Shown: positions 1-9,724, counted from the stretch's first letter. The stretch: DNA of 64,000 nucleotides from Clostridiales bacterium (GCA_029226975.1 JAQXZB010000032.1:24875-88874); one strand, 5' to 3'. The notes: generated by a model not told the origin, from the sequence alone. A program made the numbers and translations.

Positions 1-937
1 AACAGCGGCGCAGACATTCCTTTGCCGCTTCAGGAATAAGCCCCTGTCCCCAGTAAGGCTTGCCGAGCCAATATCCAAGCTCTGCTTCGTTGGAGTTGGT
101 GGGAATATTTGCGTTTTTCATAATGCCGATACATCCTATGGGCAGTCCTGTTTCCTTTAAAACAACCGCAAAGGTGTTTTCGGCGGACAAAACATTTCTT
201 ATGATTTCCCGGCTGTTTTCAACGCTTGTATGTGCCGGCCAGCCCGCAATCGGTCCTATATCGGGATCGCAGGCATATTTATATAATTCCTCTGCATCCT
301 CCTCCCGCCAGGGACGCAGAATAAGCCGTTTTGTTTCAAAGGTAATTTCTCCTTTAAGGCGCTTAAAAAAGCGTTCAATATGCCGTTTCAGCGCCGATAT
401 AATCTCCTCCTTATCATCAGAACTGTCATATAGGCTGTATAAAAGGTACATGGGTCCGTAAAATTCAAGCGCTAAAGAAAACGCTTCTTCATAAGAGCCT
501 GTCATGGTCTTAAAAATATCCGCCATATATTGTACGGGCCCGCCGGCTATATAGTTTTGATAAAGCTGTGACATTTCGAGGCTTTTATACTGCTCTAACG
601 TAAGAAGCTTTCTAAAACGGCTTGAAAATTCCTCCCTCGTCCAATACAAAAACATGGCTTCGGTATATGAATGTATTTTTTCAACAGAGGGGCATACTTC
701 GGTACCGTTCTCTAAAGGCATTTCATGCTCCGTTGCCTGATCGGTATCCGCTTTGTTTATCCGCTTTATAATACTTTCAAATATATCGTGCTTGCTTTTA
801 TAATGCTTATACAGCGAGGGTGCCTTGATCCCTACAGCTTCGGCAATTTCCGCAACGCCTACGGCATCATAGCCCTTTTGGGAAAAAAGCCTCAAAGCTT
901 CCTGCAATATTCTTTCCTTGGTATCTGTTTTTTTCAT
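1..937 (-). CDS. TetR/AcrR-family HTH regulator fused in frame to a C-terminal GNAT (RimJ/RimL-like) N-acetyltransferase domain; partial, the 3' end runs off the left edge of the window
   Basis: Manual minus-strand translation from ATG 935-937 gives [53 protein letters not shown] (TetR HTH). There is no in-frame stop down to nt 2. From about nt 340 the same frame reads [31 protein letters not shown]...[22 protein letters not shown] (GNAT motifs). SD GGAGGT lies 5 nt upstream. It is absent from the ORF track because it has no stop inside the window. Confidence 0.75.
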   Translation of the reverse strand, partial: MKKTDTKERILQEALRLFSQKGYDAVGVAEIAEAVGIKAPSLYKHYKSKHDIFESIIKRINKADTDQATEHEMPLENGTEVCPSVEKIHSYTEAMFLYWTREEFSSRFRKLLTLEQYKSLEMSQLYQNYIAGGPVQYMADIFKTMTGSYEEAFSLALEFYGPMYLLYSLYDSSDDKEEIISALKRHIERFFKRLKGEITFETKRLILRPWREEDAEELYKYACDPDIGPIAGWPAHTSVENSREIIRNVLSAENTFAVVLKETGLPIGCIGIMKNANIPTNSNEAELGYWLGKPYWGQGLIPEAAKECLRRC

Positions 938-963
938 AGCTTACCTCCGATGGATAATGTTCG

Positions 964-982
964 TTAGCTATATTATAGCTAA
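964..982. promoter_or_regulatory. Perfect 19-bp palindrome TTAGCTATA-T-TATAGCTAA, a candidate TetR-type operator in the divergent region between the TetR-GNAT gene and the PL11 gene
   Basis: Read directly: the 9-bp arms are exact reverse complements around a central T. It lies about 27 nt upstream of the TetR-GNAT start codon. Confidence 0.45.
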
Positions 983-1117
983 AAAGTATTAGCCTGTCAA
1001 TAGCTGTATGATTTTTTTCTGAAAAACAATGCAAATTGTCTGATTTTTTTATGGAAAATTCTGCTTTCTTCCTATAAAATTATATATATGTGATAAGCAT
1101 AAGAGAGGAGAGAAATT

Positions 1118-4100
1118 ATGAAAAGGAGAATGACAAGACTGTTAAGTACGGTAATCTGTCTTGCAATGACGGCGTCTGTCATGCCGGCGGCGGGTACGCC
1201 CGGCGTGTCGGCGGCAGAGCAGACAAAGCAGATGGAATATCTGACCAGAGGGCTTACGGCGGTGAGAGTGGACGGCGGAGTATATCTGTCCTGGCGACTT
1301 TTGGGCACGGAAAGTCTTTCTCAGACATATGATATTTACCGTGACGGAAAGCTGATTATAAGCGGCTTAGACGCGACAAACTACACCGATACGGAGGGCT
1401 TTGCCTACAATAAATACAGGGTGGTAAAGACCGGGGAAAGCGCAGCGGGGGAGCCGGACTGCGAGGTATGGCAAAACAGCTATATTGATATTCCCTTAAA
1501 CAGACCCGAAGGCGGAGTTACAAAAAGCCAAGAGAGCTATACATATTCGGTAAACGATACTTCCGTAGGTGATGTGGACGGTGACGGAGAGTATGAGTAC
1601 ATAATCAAATGGGATCCGTCAAATTCCAAGGACAACTCGTCCCATGGTTATACGGGAAATGTGCTTTTAGACTGCTATAAGATGGACGGAACACAGCTTT
1701 GGAGAATTGATTTGGGAATAAATATCCGCGCCGGAGCGCACTATACGCAGTTTATAGTATATGACCTTGACGGAGACGGAAAGGCGGAAATGGCACTGCG
1801 CACCACCTGCGGCTCAAAGGACGGAAACGGGAATTATGTAAGTGCGGCCGGGAGTAATCTTACCTGGGGCGGCTACAATGACGGCTCCGATTTAAGACAG
1901 AGCGGATCAAAGAGCGGACATATCATAAAAGGTCCCGACTGGCTGACCGTATTTAACGGAGAGACCGGAGCGGCAATGAAAACAGTGGACTATTATCCTC
2001 AAAGAGGCTCTGTAAGCAGCTGGGGCGACAGCTACGGCGGAAGAAGTGAAAGATACCTTGCCGGAGTAGCTTACCTTGACGGAGCAACGCCAAGCCTTAT
2101 CATGTGCCGCGGCTATTACGAAAAAGCGGCAATGGCTGCATGGAAATGGGATGGCAGCAATCTTACAATGCAGTGGGGAAAAACCTATACAAGCTCTGAC
2201 GGCGGTCTTTATGCCCAGGGAAACCACCAGCTTTCGGTTGCGGATGTTGATGAGGACGGCTGTGACGAGGTAATTTTCGGCTCGGCGGTTATGGATAACA
2301 ACGGAACTGTTTTAAACAGAACAGGTCATGGACACGGTGATGCCCTTCATGTAAGTGATTTCAATAATGACGGCGAGCAGGAAATTTTCCAGGTACACGA
2401 GGAAAGCACCTATTATAAATCATTCGGTGCGGAACTTAGAAAGGGTAAGGACGCGACAATACTTGCCAAGGTCGGGGCTTCGGCAGACGTTGGCAGAGGT
2501 GTTATAGCAAATGTAGATGATGAATATGCGGCAGCGAATACATCTGCTCCGTCATTATTCTGGTCTGTGGCAGATGAAAAGCTCTATGACTTCGGCGGTA
2601 ATGTTGTGACAAGAACGGTTACAACCGTTGATGCCGGGAACGTGGTAACGAGCGAGGAAAATGCACCCAGACCTGCCTCCTATAACTTCTTTATCTATTG
2701 GGACGGCGATTTGGGCAGGGAGCTTTTGGACAGAAACCGAATAGAGAAGTATACGGTTGAAAACGGAACTCAGCGGCTTGAAACCTTCAGCGGAGTGCAT
2801 TACAATAACAGCTCAAAGGCAACTCCGGCGCTTTCGGCGGATATTATGGGTGACTGGAGAGAGGAGGTTCTCTTCGGAACAGATGACAATAAAGCATTGA
2901 GAATTTATATGTCAACAACTCCGACGGATTATAAGCTTACTACGCTCATGCATGACAGTCAATACCGCTGTGCGGTGGCATGGCAGAATGTGGGCTATAA
3001 TCAGCCGCCGCACCAAAGCTATTATATCGGAAGTACGGCTTTAGCTTCGGGGAAGAATTATCTTGCTCCGGCAGAGGACTTTGACACAATAAAATATGCG
3101 GCTGTTCCCTCCGCAGCAGAAGTACCCGACATGGAGGAAACCGTAATATATGATGTGGACAGCTTTAACAGCGGTACGGGAGATTTTACCGGCGGCTCAA
3201 TCTCGGCGCAGAGCGCACCCTATAACAATACGCTCTATGTAAGCGCGGCGTCAAGCGTAAGCTTCGGACTTAATGCGGCAACTCCCGATCCGAACGCAAC
3301 GCCTACTCCGTCACCGTCTCCGACACCCAAGCCGGCATACACGCAAAAGCCTATTGCGACCAATGCGCCGGTTTCGGTATATGAAAATGATTTTAATTCG
3401 CTCAGTGTTCAGACCCTTGTACATGCAAGCGAGACGGTTAATCAGGAAAACGGAGTAAATCACTATACCCAAATTACAGGTCTTGACCTTATGACGGGTT
3501 ATCGCTCGAAAGACGCTTCAAGTACAAATTGGTCGGTAACGGCAGATGGGGAAGTGGGCAATGTGATTGCCTTAAACACCGGAAAATACAGTAATGCCAA
3601 CAGAGGACCGAGGATAAGCTTTAACACACCACAGCTTGCAAACGGAGAAACGGCGGTTCTATCGATTAAAGCAAAGCTCTATTCAAACGGCACAAATGTA
3701 CCTGCAATAAGATACAATGACAGCACAACAGCCGAGGGCGGAACGGATATATCTGAATATTTCAGCACAAGCGCATACACACAGCTAAAGGTAACCATAA
3801 CAAACAACGGCGGCAGCTATACAAGAACGATATATGCGGGAGAAACGGCAGTTGCCTCGGATACCCAAGGAGCATTTCCTGTAATATGGGGAGCCATTCC
3901 GAGTGATTCTAATAATCATCAGACCGGAATATTCTTTGATGATTTCTCCGTTTCGGTAATAGGCAGCGCATATGACTTCAGTGAGGTTAAAATAACCGAT
4001 TTTGCCGTAACGTCAAATAGAGCGGCACAGGTTACGGTAAGCAATTATACGGATGCCGAGATAAGTGCAGAGCTTTACATCGCGGTATATAATACCGATG

Positions 4101-6892
4101 ACACACTTTGCAGCGTACAGAGGGAGAAAACCTCTGTGAATGCAAAAAACAGCATTACGCTTCTTACAAATGAAATGACGGTACCCGATGGCGGATATAT
4201 AAAAGCGTTTATCTGGAACGGTGCGCAGCAGGCATACGATGAGAGCATAAGCACCAAGACAGCCTCTGTTGCCGATATGCTGTTTATGACAGCGTATGCC
4301 GAAGAAGAACCACTTGACGCGGGCGGAACATATCGCTTGGCATTTGACTGGAAGCCCGGTACAAATGTTAAAATCATAAACGGTAGCGGGGATAATCTTA
4401 TAACACTGTCTAAAGCTACGGGCGCGGCGTTAAAATACCGTACCGGCACAGGTGAGGAAAAAACGATAAACACATCGCTTACTTCCTCGAACTCGTGGTT
4501 CCATATTGATTTGACCTTTGATTTTACCGCAAAGACGGTGGATATTTCTGCTTCCGATTATACAAATAACGGCGGAGTTAAAACCGTATACTCAAGTTCA
4601 TTTGCGGGAGTAGACGGCTTCCTGGGCGGAATGGAAATAAGCGGCGGAGCATATATAGATAATGTAACGATAAGCAGTGTAACCTATAATGTACAAAGAA
4701 GCCTTATCAATATATATGCCAAGGATTCATCCGGCGCACCGGTTGAGGGTGCTGCAGTGACAATAGGGTCAAAATCACTTACTACGGACACTGACGGTCA
4801 TGCGGCAATTAAATTAAACAGCGCGTCATACGCATATTCCGTAGGCAAGGCAGAATATAAAACCGCAAAGGGTACGGTTGACGCCTCAAATGACGCTGTT
4901 ATAAATGCAGAGCTTAAGGACGGTGAGCTCAGGAACATATATGTAAGACAGGTATATAACGGAGATGTTGTTCTTTCCGAGCCTGCACTTGCGGGAGAGC
5001 AGAAGGAAAATACAGTCTATACGGTTCCCGACAGTGCAAAGGGCGATGTAAGCTTTACATTCCCGTCGGGAAGCGCTACGGATGAAACCGCCGAAGATAT
5101 AATTCCCGGATATGAGGACGAGGCGGGTAAAACCTACATATTTGAATATGACCCCAATCATTCGGAAACGGTCGATGTAAACGTTGAGGAGGGAGCGGAT
5201 ACGTATATCACGCTTGCCTATACGAAAAAGCGCGTTCCCGCACCGGGAGATACTGAAGTGTTAAAGACTCTTATAAGCGAGGACGGAGTCGGTAGAAGCA
5301 GCTGGAGCGCACTCAGTGCCGAATTTATGACAGATGAGGAAACAGGAACAAAGTATACAAGCTTTGCGAATGTAGCCGAAAATCCGGTAACAATCTCCTT
5401 TAACAATACCTCGGATAAGATAGTATTTGAGTATGATATTATGTACAAGGAGCTGGATTTCGGAGGTAATTACTTCGGATTTATACCCATGAGTGGAACA
5501 ACCGAGGGCCTGGGCTTCGGCATACGAACATCGGGATCGGCAAATAATCAGTGGCAGTGGGGATATTATCTGCGTGTTACATCCTCTGATAAGGAGCACT
5601 ATTTAACATATGCTGACGGTTTGAGCGGTGACAAGGGCTATACATATTCCTATAACTGGCAAAATCAGTGGGCGCATGTTATAGTCATTTGCGACGGAAC
5701 ACAGCTTAAAGTTACTGCGGTCAATAAAAATACCGGTCTGCTGTATGTAAAAGAACAGCCCGTACCTCTTGCAAATAATGTGGGTACCTCGTCGTATCCG
5801 ATAAATAAGGTTAAATTCGGATTGACGCACAAGGGTGACAGTGCCGCAAGCTGTGAGGGCACAATAGGTCTTGCAAACTTTAAGGCATACACCATAGGCT
5901 CCGCACAGGCGGGAGATGTTGAGGAAAGCGCGGTAAATGTAAAGCCGACAGATACAATATCCTTGTCGAGTGCAGTGCATGTTTCGGATATAGAAGGCGT
6001 TGACTATGATGCAAGCACACTCATTAACGCGACTTATGAGCTGCAAAACGAAAGCGGAGAAACGGTTTCGCCCGATGGTATAAGCATTGACTCACAAGGA
6101 ACGCTTACAACGGCTCTTGACAGCTTTGACGGCACAGAGCAGTATTGGGCAGTTGTTAAATATAACGGCACGACGGCAAAGAAAATAAAGCTTAATTATT
6201 TGGCGAAGTCGCTTGTAACAAAGACCTACAAGGGCTTCGGAGACGGCGGTACGGGTAATTTCTCGATAACCTCAGCAACAGGCTTTTCATTGTCGAATGA
6301 TAACGGAACGCTTAAATATTACAGAGAGCCGAATACTGCTGTAAACAGCAATGTTTATATAAAATTCCCGTTTACAAGCGCAACGCTTGACGAGGAGTTC
6401 TGGGCGCATCTTGACATGAAGTCTGTAAGCGGTTCCGCAAAGGGTTATTTGTACCTCTATAACGGAGTGGGAAATCAGTATATGAAATCGGAGGTTCGCC
6501 TGTACGAACCGAGAATTAAGTGGTATTACACATCAGCTGACAGCAATAACTGGTCATTTACCAATAACGAATGGTACACCTATGTATTTCACGGAACGAA
6601 TATGAGCAGTGGTTCTCATAATCTGAAGCTTATTATTTATAAAACTCAGGAGCTTTGGGATGCAGGATATGTTCGGCAGGTTGACGGCATTGACGAAACG
6701 GCGATAGACTTGTCAAATGTAACCGGAGTTGAGCCGGTATACACGCTGGACATTACACCGTATACAACGAATTTAAGCGGCGGAATGTATCTGCAGTATC
6801 AGCCGACTCAAAGTCAGGATAAGGGCGATGTTGCCTCAGCCGATGAGCTGTATTTCGATAATGTGTATTATCAATACTATGATTATAGGTAA
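1118..6892 (+). CDS. Secreted multidomain rhamnogalacturonan lyase: polysaccharide lyase family 11 (YesW/YesX-like) beta-propeller, followed by about 1,200 aa of accessory beta-sandwich modules
   Basis: Signal peptide MKRRMTRLLSTVICLAMTASVMPAAGTPGVSAAEQ. PL11-like blocks YIDIPLNRPEGG, VGDVDGDGEYEYIIKWDPSNSKDNS, LLDCYKMDGTQLWRIDLGINIRAGAHYTQFIVYDLDGDGKAEM, VADVDEDGCDEV and QYRCAVAWQNVGYNQPPH. Pro/Thr linker at nt 3277-3352. SD GAGAGGAGAG precedes the ATG. Confidence 0.85.
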   Translation: MKRRMTRLLSTVICLAMTASVMPAAGTPGVSAAEQTKQMEYLTRGLTAVRVDGGVYLSWRLLGTESLSQTYDIYRDGKLIISGLDATNYTDTEGFAYNKYRVVKTGESAAGEPDCEVWQNSYIDIPLNRPEGGVTKSQESYTYSVNDTSVGDVDGDGEYEYIIKWDPSNSKDNSSHGYTGNVLLDCYKMDGTQLWRIDLGINIRAGAHYTQFIVYDLDGDGKAEMALRTTCGSKDGNGNYVSAAGSNLTWGGYNDGSDLRQSGSKSGHIIKGPDWLTVFNGETGAAMKTVDYYPQRGSVSSWGDSYGGRSERYLAGVAYLDGATPSLIMCRGYYEKAAMAAWKWDGSNLTMQWGKTYTSSDGGLYAQGNHQLSVADVDEDGCDEVIFGSAVMDNNGTVLNRTGHGHGDALHVSDFNNDGEQEIFQVHEESTYYKSFGAELRKGKDATILAKVGASADVGRGVIANVDDEYAAANTSAPSLFWSVADEKLYDFGGNVVTRTVTTVDAGNVVTSEENAPRPASYNFFIYWDGDLGRELLDRNRIEKYTVENGTQRLETFSGVHYNNSSKATPALSADIMGDWREEVLFGTDDNKALRIYMSTTPTDYKLTTLMHDSQYRCAVAWQNVGYNQPPHQSYYIGSTALASGKNYLAPAEDFDTIKYAAVPSAAEVPDMEETVIYDVDSFNSGTGDFTGGSISAQSAPYNNTLYVSAASSVSFGLNAATPDPNATPTPSPSPTPKPAYTQKPIATNAPVSVYENDFNSLSVQTLVHASETVNQENGVNHYTQITGLDLMTGYRSKDASSTNWSVTADGEVGNVIALNTGKYSNANRGPRISFNTPQLANGETAVLSIKAKLYSNGTNVPAIRYNDSTTAEGGTDISEYFSTSAYTQLKVTITNNGGSYTRTIYAGETAVASDTQGAFPVIWGAIPSDSNNHQTGIFFDDFSVSVIGSAYDFSEVKITDFAVTSNRAAQVTVSNYTDAEISAELYIAVYNTDDTLCSVQREKTSVNAKNSITLLTNEMTVPDGGYIKAFIWNGAQQAYDESISTKTASVADMLFMTAYAEEEPLDAGGTYRLAFDWKPGTNVKIINGSGDNLITLSKATGAALKYRTGTGEEKTINTSLTSSNSWFHIDLTFDFTAKTVDISASDYTNNGGVKTVYSSSFAGVDGFLGGMEISGGAYIDNVTISSVTYNVQRSLINIYAKDSSGAPVEGAAVTIGSKSLTTDTDGHAAIKLNSASYAYSVGKAEYKTAKGTVDASNDAVINAELKDGELRNIYVRQVYNGDVVLSEPALAGEQKENTVYTVPDSAKGDVSFTFPSGSATDETAEDIIPGYEDEAGKTYIFEYDPNHSETVDVNVEEGADTYITLAYTKKRVPAPGDTEVLKTLISEDGVGRSSWSALSAEFMTDEETGTKYTSFANVAENPVTISFNNTSDKIVFEYDIMYKELDFGGNYFGFIPMSGTTEGLGFGIRTSGSANNQWQWGYYLRVTSSDKEHYLTYADGLSGDKGYTYSYNWQNQWAHVIVICDGTQLKVTAVNKNTGLLYVKEQPVPLANNVGTSSYPINKVKFGLTHKGDSAASCEGTIGLANFKAYTIGSAQAGDVEESAVNVKPTDTISLSSAVHVSDIEGVDYDASTLINATYELQNESGETVSPDGISIDSQGTLTTALDSFDGTEQYWAVVKYNGTTAKKIKLNYLAKSLVTKTYKGFGDGGTGNFSITSATGFSLSNDNGTLKYYREPNTAVNSNVYIKFPFTSATLDEEFWAHLDMKSVSGSAKGYLYLYNGVGNQYMKSEVRLYEPRIKWYYTSADSNNWSFTNNEWYTYVFHGTNMSSGSHNLKLIIYKTQELWDAGYVRQVDGIDETAIDLSNVTGVEPVYTLDITPYTTNLSGGMYLQYQPTQSQDKGDVASADELYFDNVYYQYYDYR

Positions 6893-6902
6893 TAAAGACC
6901 AT

Positions 6903-6936
6903 AAAAACAGGATGCTCTGCGGGGCATCCTGTTTTG
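6903..6936. terminator. Bidirectional rho-independent terminator between convergent genes
   Basis: AAAAA-CAGGATGC-tctgcgg-GCATCCTG-TTTT: an 8-bp GC-rich stem with an A-tract on the left and a T-tract on the right. Confidence 0.7.
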
Positions 6937-6940
6937 CGGC

Positions 6941-7591
6941 TTATTGAAGCAGTGGATTGATTTTGTTCTTTAAAAGATATGTAAAGAATTTCACAACCGT
7001 TCCGGTAAACAGTGCGGCAATTACGGTTCCCTCACGCGCTCCCTCAATATGCATATTAAAGAATATCAAGGATAGTATAACCGCTGTTATGACATAGCTT
7101 ATGTCAAGAATGGTTTTTAATGTGCCGAAATCCTTTTTGAGCGTATCTGATAAGGCTCTTACAAAGGCTTCTCCCGAATTCATTACAACATTTGCAATAA
7201 CCGAAAGTGATATTCCAAAGCCTAAAACAACAGTGCCTATGATAACCAGTGCAATGCGTACAAGGTATATATCGGCGTTTAGGGTATGAAGCAGCCAGCC
7301 GCCGAAATCTGTGAAATATCCGAACAGAAATGACAGGGGAAACTGTAAAAGCTCAATTGGCTTAAAATTTTTCCTCAAAATCAAAATCTGACCGAGTATG
7401 AGTATACAGTTCCATACAATAAGCCAGTTGCCAAGCGAGAAAAAAGTGAATTTCAGGCTCAGAACATTAGGTATTGAGGAAATGGGTGAAACGCCGAGAT
7501 TTCCTTTCTTTGTTATCGCAACACCCATTGCCGAGAAAAACAGGCTGATTATAAACAGTATATATCGTTTTGCAGTTTCCTTTTTACTCAT
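6941..7591 (-). CDS. Integral membrane protein, YczE/YyaS/YitT-like (DUF6198-type)
   Basis: 216 aa with about 6 hydrophobic segments. The N-terminus KRYILFIISLFFSAMGVAITKKGNLGVSPISSIPNVLS is typical of this family as I remember it. No search was run. Confidence 0.55.
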   Translation of the reverse strand: MSKKETAKRYILFIISLFFSAMGVAITKKGNLGVSPISSIPNVLSLKFTFFSLGNWLIVWNCILILGQILILRKNFKPIELLQFPLSFLFGYFTDFGGWLLHTLNADIYLVRIALVIIGTVVLGFGISLSVIANVVMNSGEAFVRALSDTLKKDFGTLKTILDISYVITAVILSLIFFNMHIEGAREGTVIAALFTGTVVKFFTYLLKNKINPLLQ

Positions 7592-7595
7592 TTGA

Positions 7596-9308
7596 TTACT
7601 CCTTGTATAATTTCAGTTTTTTGAGCAGTCCGTAAAGAGCTGTTCCGCCGGGGAGCATAAGCACCTCGTCCTTGTCCAGTATCTTGAGCGCAAAGATAAG
7701 GAAGAAATAGAGAAGCGCACCTATGCATATAGCGGCAAGAACGGCGATAAGGTTATCCGAAAATGCGGATAATCCGGGAAGCGGCAGGATAAGCCGATGC
7801 ACTCCCCATGCCGCCAAGCCCATGATTCCTCCGGCAATAAGAGGTTTTATAATGTATTTTGACATTGTTATTTTTATGGAAATATATCTTGTCATAACTA
7901 TGAAGCTTATCAGAAAAGCCACAAACTGACATACTATAGAGCTTATTACTGCGCCGTATATGTTTATCTGGGGTATTCTTATAAGCGTAACGTTTAAAAT
8001 AATCTTTATCACACAGCCCACAAGCAGTCCGATTGCGGGAACATAGACCTTGCCGATACCTTGAAGCGTGCCGGACATGGTCTGGCTCAGTGCGCTGAAT
8101 ATAAGCGATACGGCGGTCATGGCAAGCAAATCAGCACCTGCCGGAGCATTAAAGTATATAATATTGTATATGGGCTGTGCCAATACAATATAGCCTATGG
8201 CACAGGGAAGTATTAAAAGTATGGATATAAGGAAGGAATATGACGCCTTTTGGGACGCTTCCTCTTTATTTCCCACAGCCAGTGCGCCGGCTATAGTAGG
8301 CACAAGCACTGTTGCAAAGGCGAAGTTCAGTGACAGGGGAGTGTTAATCAAGGTGTCGCTTTTTGAAAGCATTCCCGCAAGTCGCACAGCCTCATCATTG
8401 AGCTGCTTTGCTGTGGGGCTTAGTATTTGAGCTACGGTTTTGCCCGCAGAATCAAGATGCGCAGGTATAGCACCTGCAAATGCCGCTTCTATACCGCGGG
8501 TGATAGTTGCGGTATCGATAACGCGGTTTATTGCGGTTATAATAGAAGCAAGCGAAATGGGAATTGAAAGCATCAGTATTGCTTTCATAAGCTTTCCCGT
8601 ACTGCCGGAAAGCGACTCCACAGCCGTTTGTCTGACCTTTTCGTGGATACCGCGCTGACGGCGAGTATAAAATATTACCAAATATCCGAAGGAAAGGAAG
8701 GTTGCAATGGAGGAAGCAGCGTTTGCCCATGCAGCCATAATTTCCGGCGGCTGACCTACCGCGAGAATAACAAGCAGAATTGTTATGGTGCATTTGCATA
8801 TCTGCTCCATAACCTGAGAGCGGCTTGTGGCATTCATGTCCTGCATACCCTGGAAATATCCTCTGACAACGGACGAAACGCAAACAAAGAATATTGACGG
8901 AGAAAGCGCTCTGACAGTGTATTGTGCGCCGTCCATGTTGATAACGTTGTGCGCTATAAAGTCTGCACCGAAGAAAAGCAGTGCAGAGCATACCACGCCT
9001 ATTGCGGCAAAAAGCAGCAGTGCGGTTTTAAATATCCTGTGCGCACCCTTATAATCCTCAAGAGCCGTACGCTCCGAAACCATTTTGGCAAGTGCATTGG
9101 GAATACCGACTGAGGAAATGGCAAGCAAAACCGTATAAATCTGAAACCCGGCGGTATAGAAGCCGTTGCCGGCATCGCCGAAGCCCTCCACATTGGTAAT
9201 GACAATCCTATAAAGCATACCCAGAATTTTTACGATAAGCTGCGCAGCAAGCACCAATGCCACATTGCCCATAAAAGAAGCAGTTTTTTTCTTTTTCAAA
9301 TCACTCAT
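7596..9308 (-). CDS. MOP-superfamily flippase (SpoVB/YtgP/MurJ-like; putative lipid II or polysaccharide flippase)
   Basis: About 14 hydrophobic segments. N-terminal block GNVALVLAAQLIVKILGMLYRIVITNVEGFGDAGNGFYTAGFQIYTVLLAISSVGIPNALAKMVSE. The start is moved to ATG 9308 (MSDLKKKK), which has SD GAAAGG 9 nt upstream. The track start at 9344 has no SD. Confidence 0.7.
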   Translation of the reverse strand: MSDLKKKKTASFMGNVALVLAAQLIVKILGMLYRIVITNVEGFGDAGNGFYTAGFQIYTVLLAISSVGIPNALAKMVSERTALEDYKGAHRIFKTALLLFAAIGVVCSALLFFGADFIAHNVINMDGAQYTVRALSPSIFFVCVSSVVRGYFQGMQDMNATSRSQVMEQICKCTITILLVILAVGQPPEIMAAWANAASSIATFLSFGYLVIFYTRRQRGIHEKVRQTAVESLSGSTGKLMKAILMLSIPISLASIITAINRVIDTATITRGIEAAFAGAIPAHLDSAGKTVAQILSPTAKQLNDEAVRLAGMLSKSDTLINTPLSLNFAFATVLVPTIAGALAVGNKEEASQKASYSFLISILLILPCAIGYIVLAQPIYNIIYFNAPAGADLLAMTAVSLIFSALSQTMSGTLQGIGKVYVPAIGLLVGCVIKIILNVTLIRIPQINIYGAVISSIVCQFVAFLISFIVMTRYISIKITMSKYIIKPLIAGGIMGLAAWGVHRLILPLPGLSAFSDNLIAVLAAICIGALLYFFLIFALKILDKDEVLMLPGGTALYGLLKKLKLYKE

Positions 9309-9348
9309 AATGTAAAACCTTTCAAAAACTATATAAAATATCAATTAT

Positions 9349-9377
9349 ATTATATAGCTTTTTTTCGGCATATTCAA
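9349..9377 (-). promoter_or_regulatory. Sigma-A-type promoter for the flippase gene
   Basis: Minus strand reads TTGAAT-17 nt-TATAAT, about 40 nt upstream of ATG 9308. Confidence 0.45.
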
Positions 9378-9524
9378 GCTTTGTAATCTAAAATTAACAT
9401 TTTTTATGCATAATGACAAGGAATTATGACAAAAGAAACATGGACTCTTAAAAGAGAGTATATTGTATAGGTGGTATTGCAATAAAAAAGATATGCATAA
9501 AAAAACAAATATTGACTACAGACC

Positions 9525-9553
9525 TTGACAATTTATTTATATGATGATATAAT
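9525..9553 (+). promoter_or_regulatory. Perfect consensus sigma-A promoter (TTGACA-17-TATAAT), distal to rsmD
   Basis: TTGACA at 9525-9530, 17-nt spacer, TATAAT at 9548-9553. No ORF with an SD follows for about 165 nt. Confidence 0.5.
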
Positions 9554-9669
9554 TTACTATATATCTGTATCATAATATCGTTTCGGCGGCTTTTGTTGAG
9601 AAAATATTACAAAAAGATTGCTGGAATGTTTAAATTTTATGATTTTTCTGATAAAAAACCTAAATAGTG

Positions 9670-9698
9670 TTGACCTTTTTGGATTTTTAGGTTAGAAT
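9670..9698 (+). promoter_or_regulatory. Proximal sigma-A promoter of rsmD-coaD
   Basis: TTGACC at 9670-9675, 17-nt spacer, TAGAAT at 9693-9698, 27 nt before the rsmD ATG. Confidence 0.5.
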
Positions 9699-9724
9699 AT
9701 ATCTTGTAATTTGGGAGTTTGTGC

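Noticed and set aside
60-461. 133-aa plus-strand ORF at the left edge
   Set aside because: It lies antisense to the TetR-GNAT frame, which has strong family motifs. It has no SD and its composition is low-complexity and Ser-rich. It is a shadow ORF.
8452-8991. 179-aa alternative-frame minus-strand ORF inside the flippase gene, along with several 60-90-aa ORFs on both strands
   Set aside because: They overlap the 570-aa polytopic flippase frame. Their Cys/Arg/His-rich composition is atypical for this genome.
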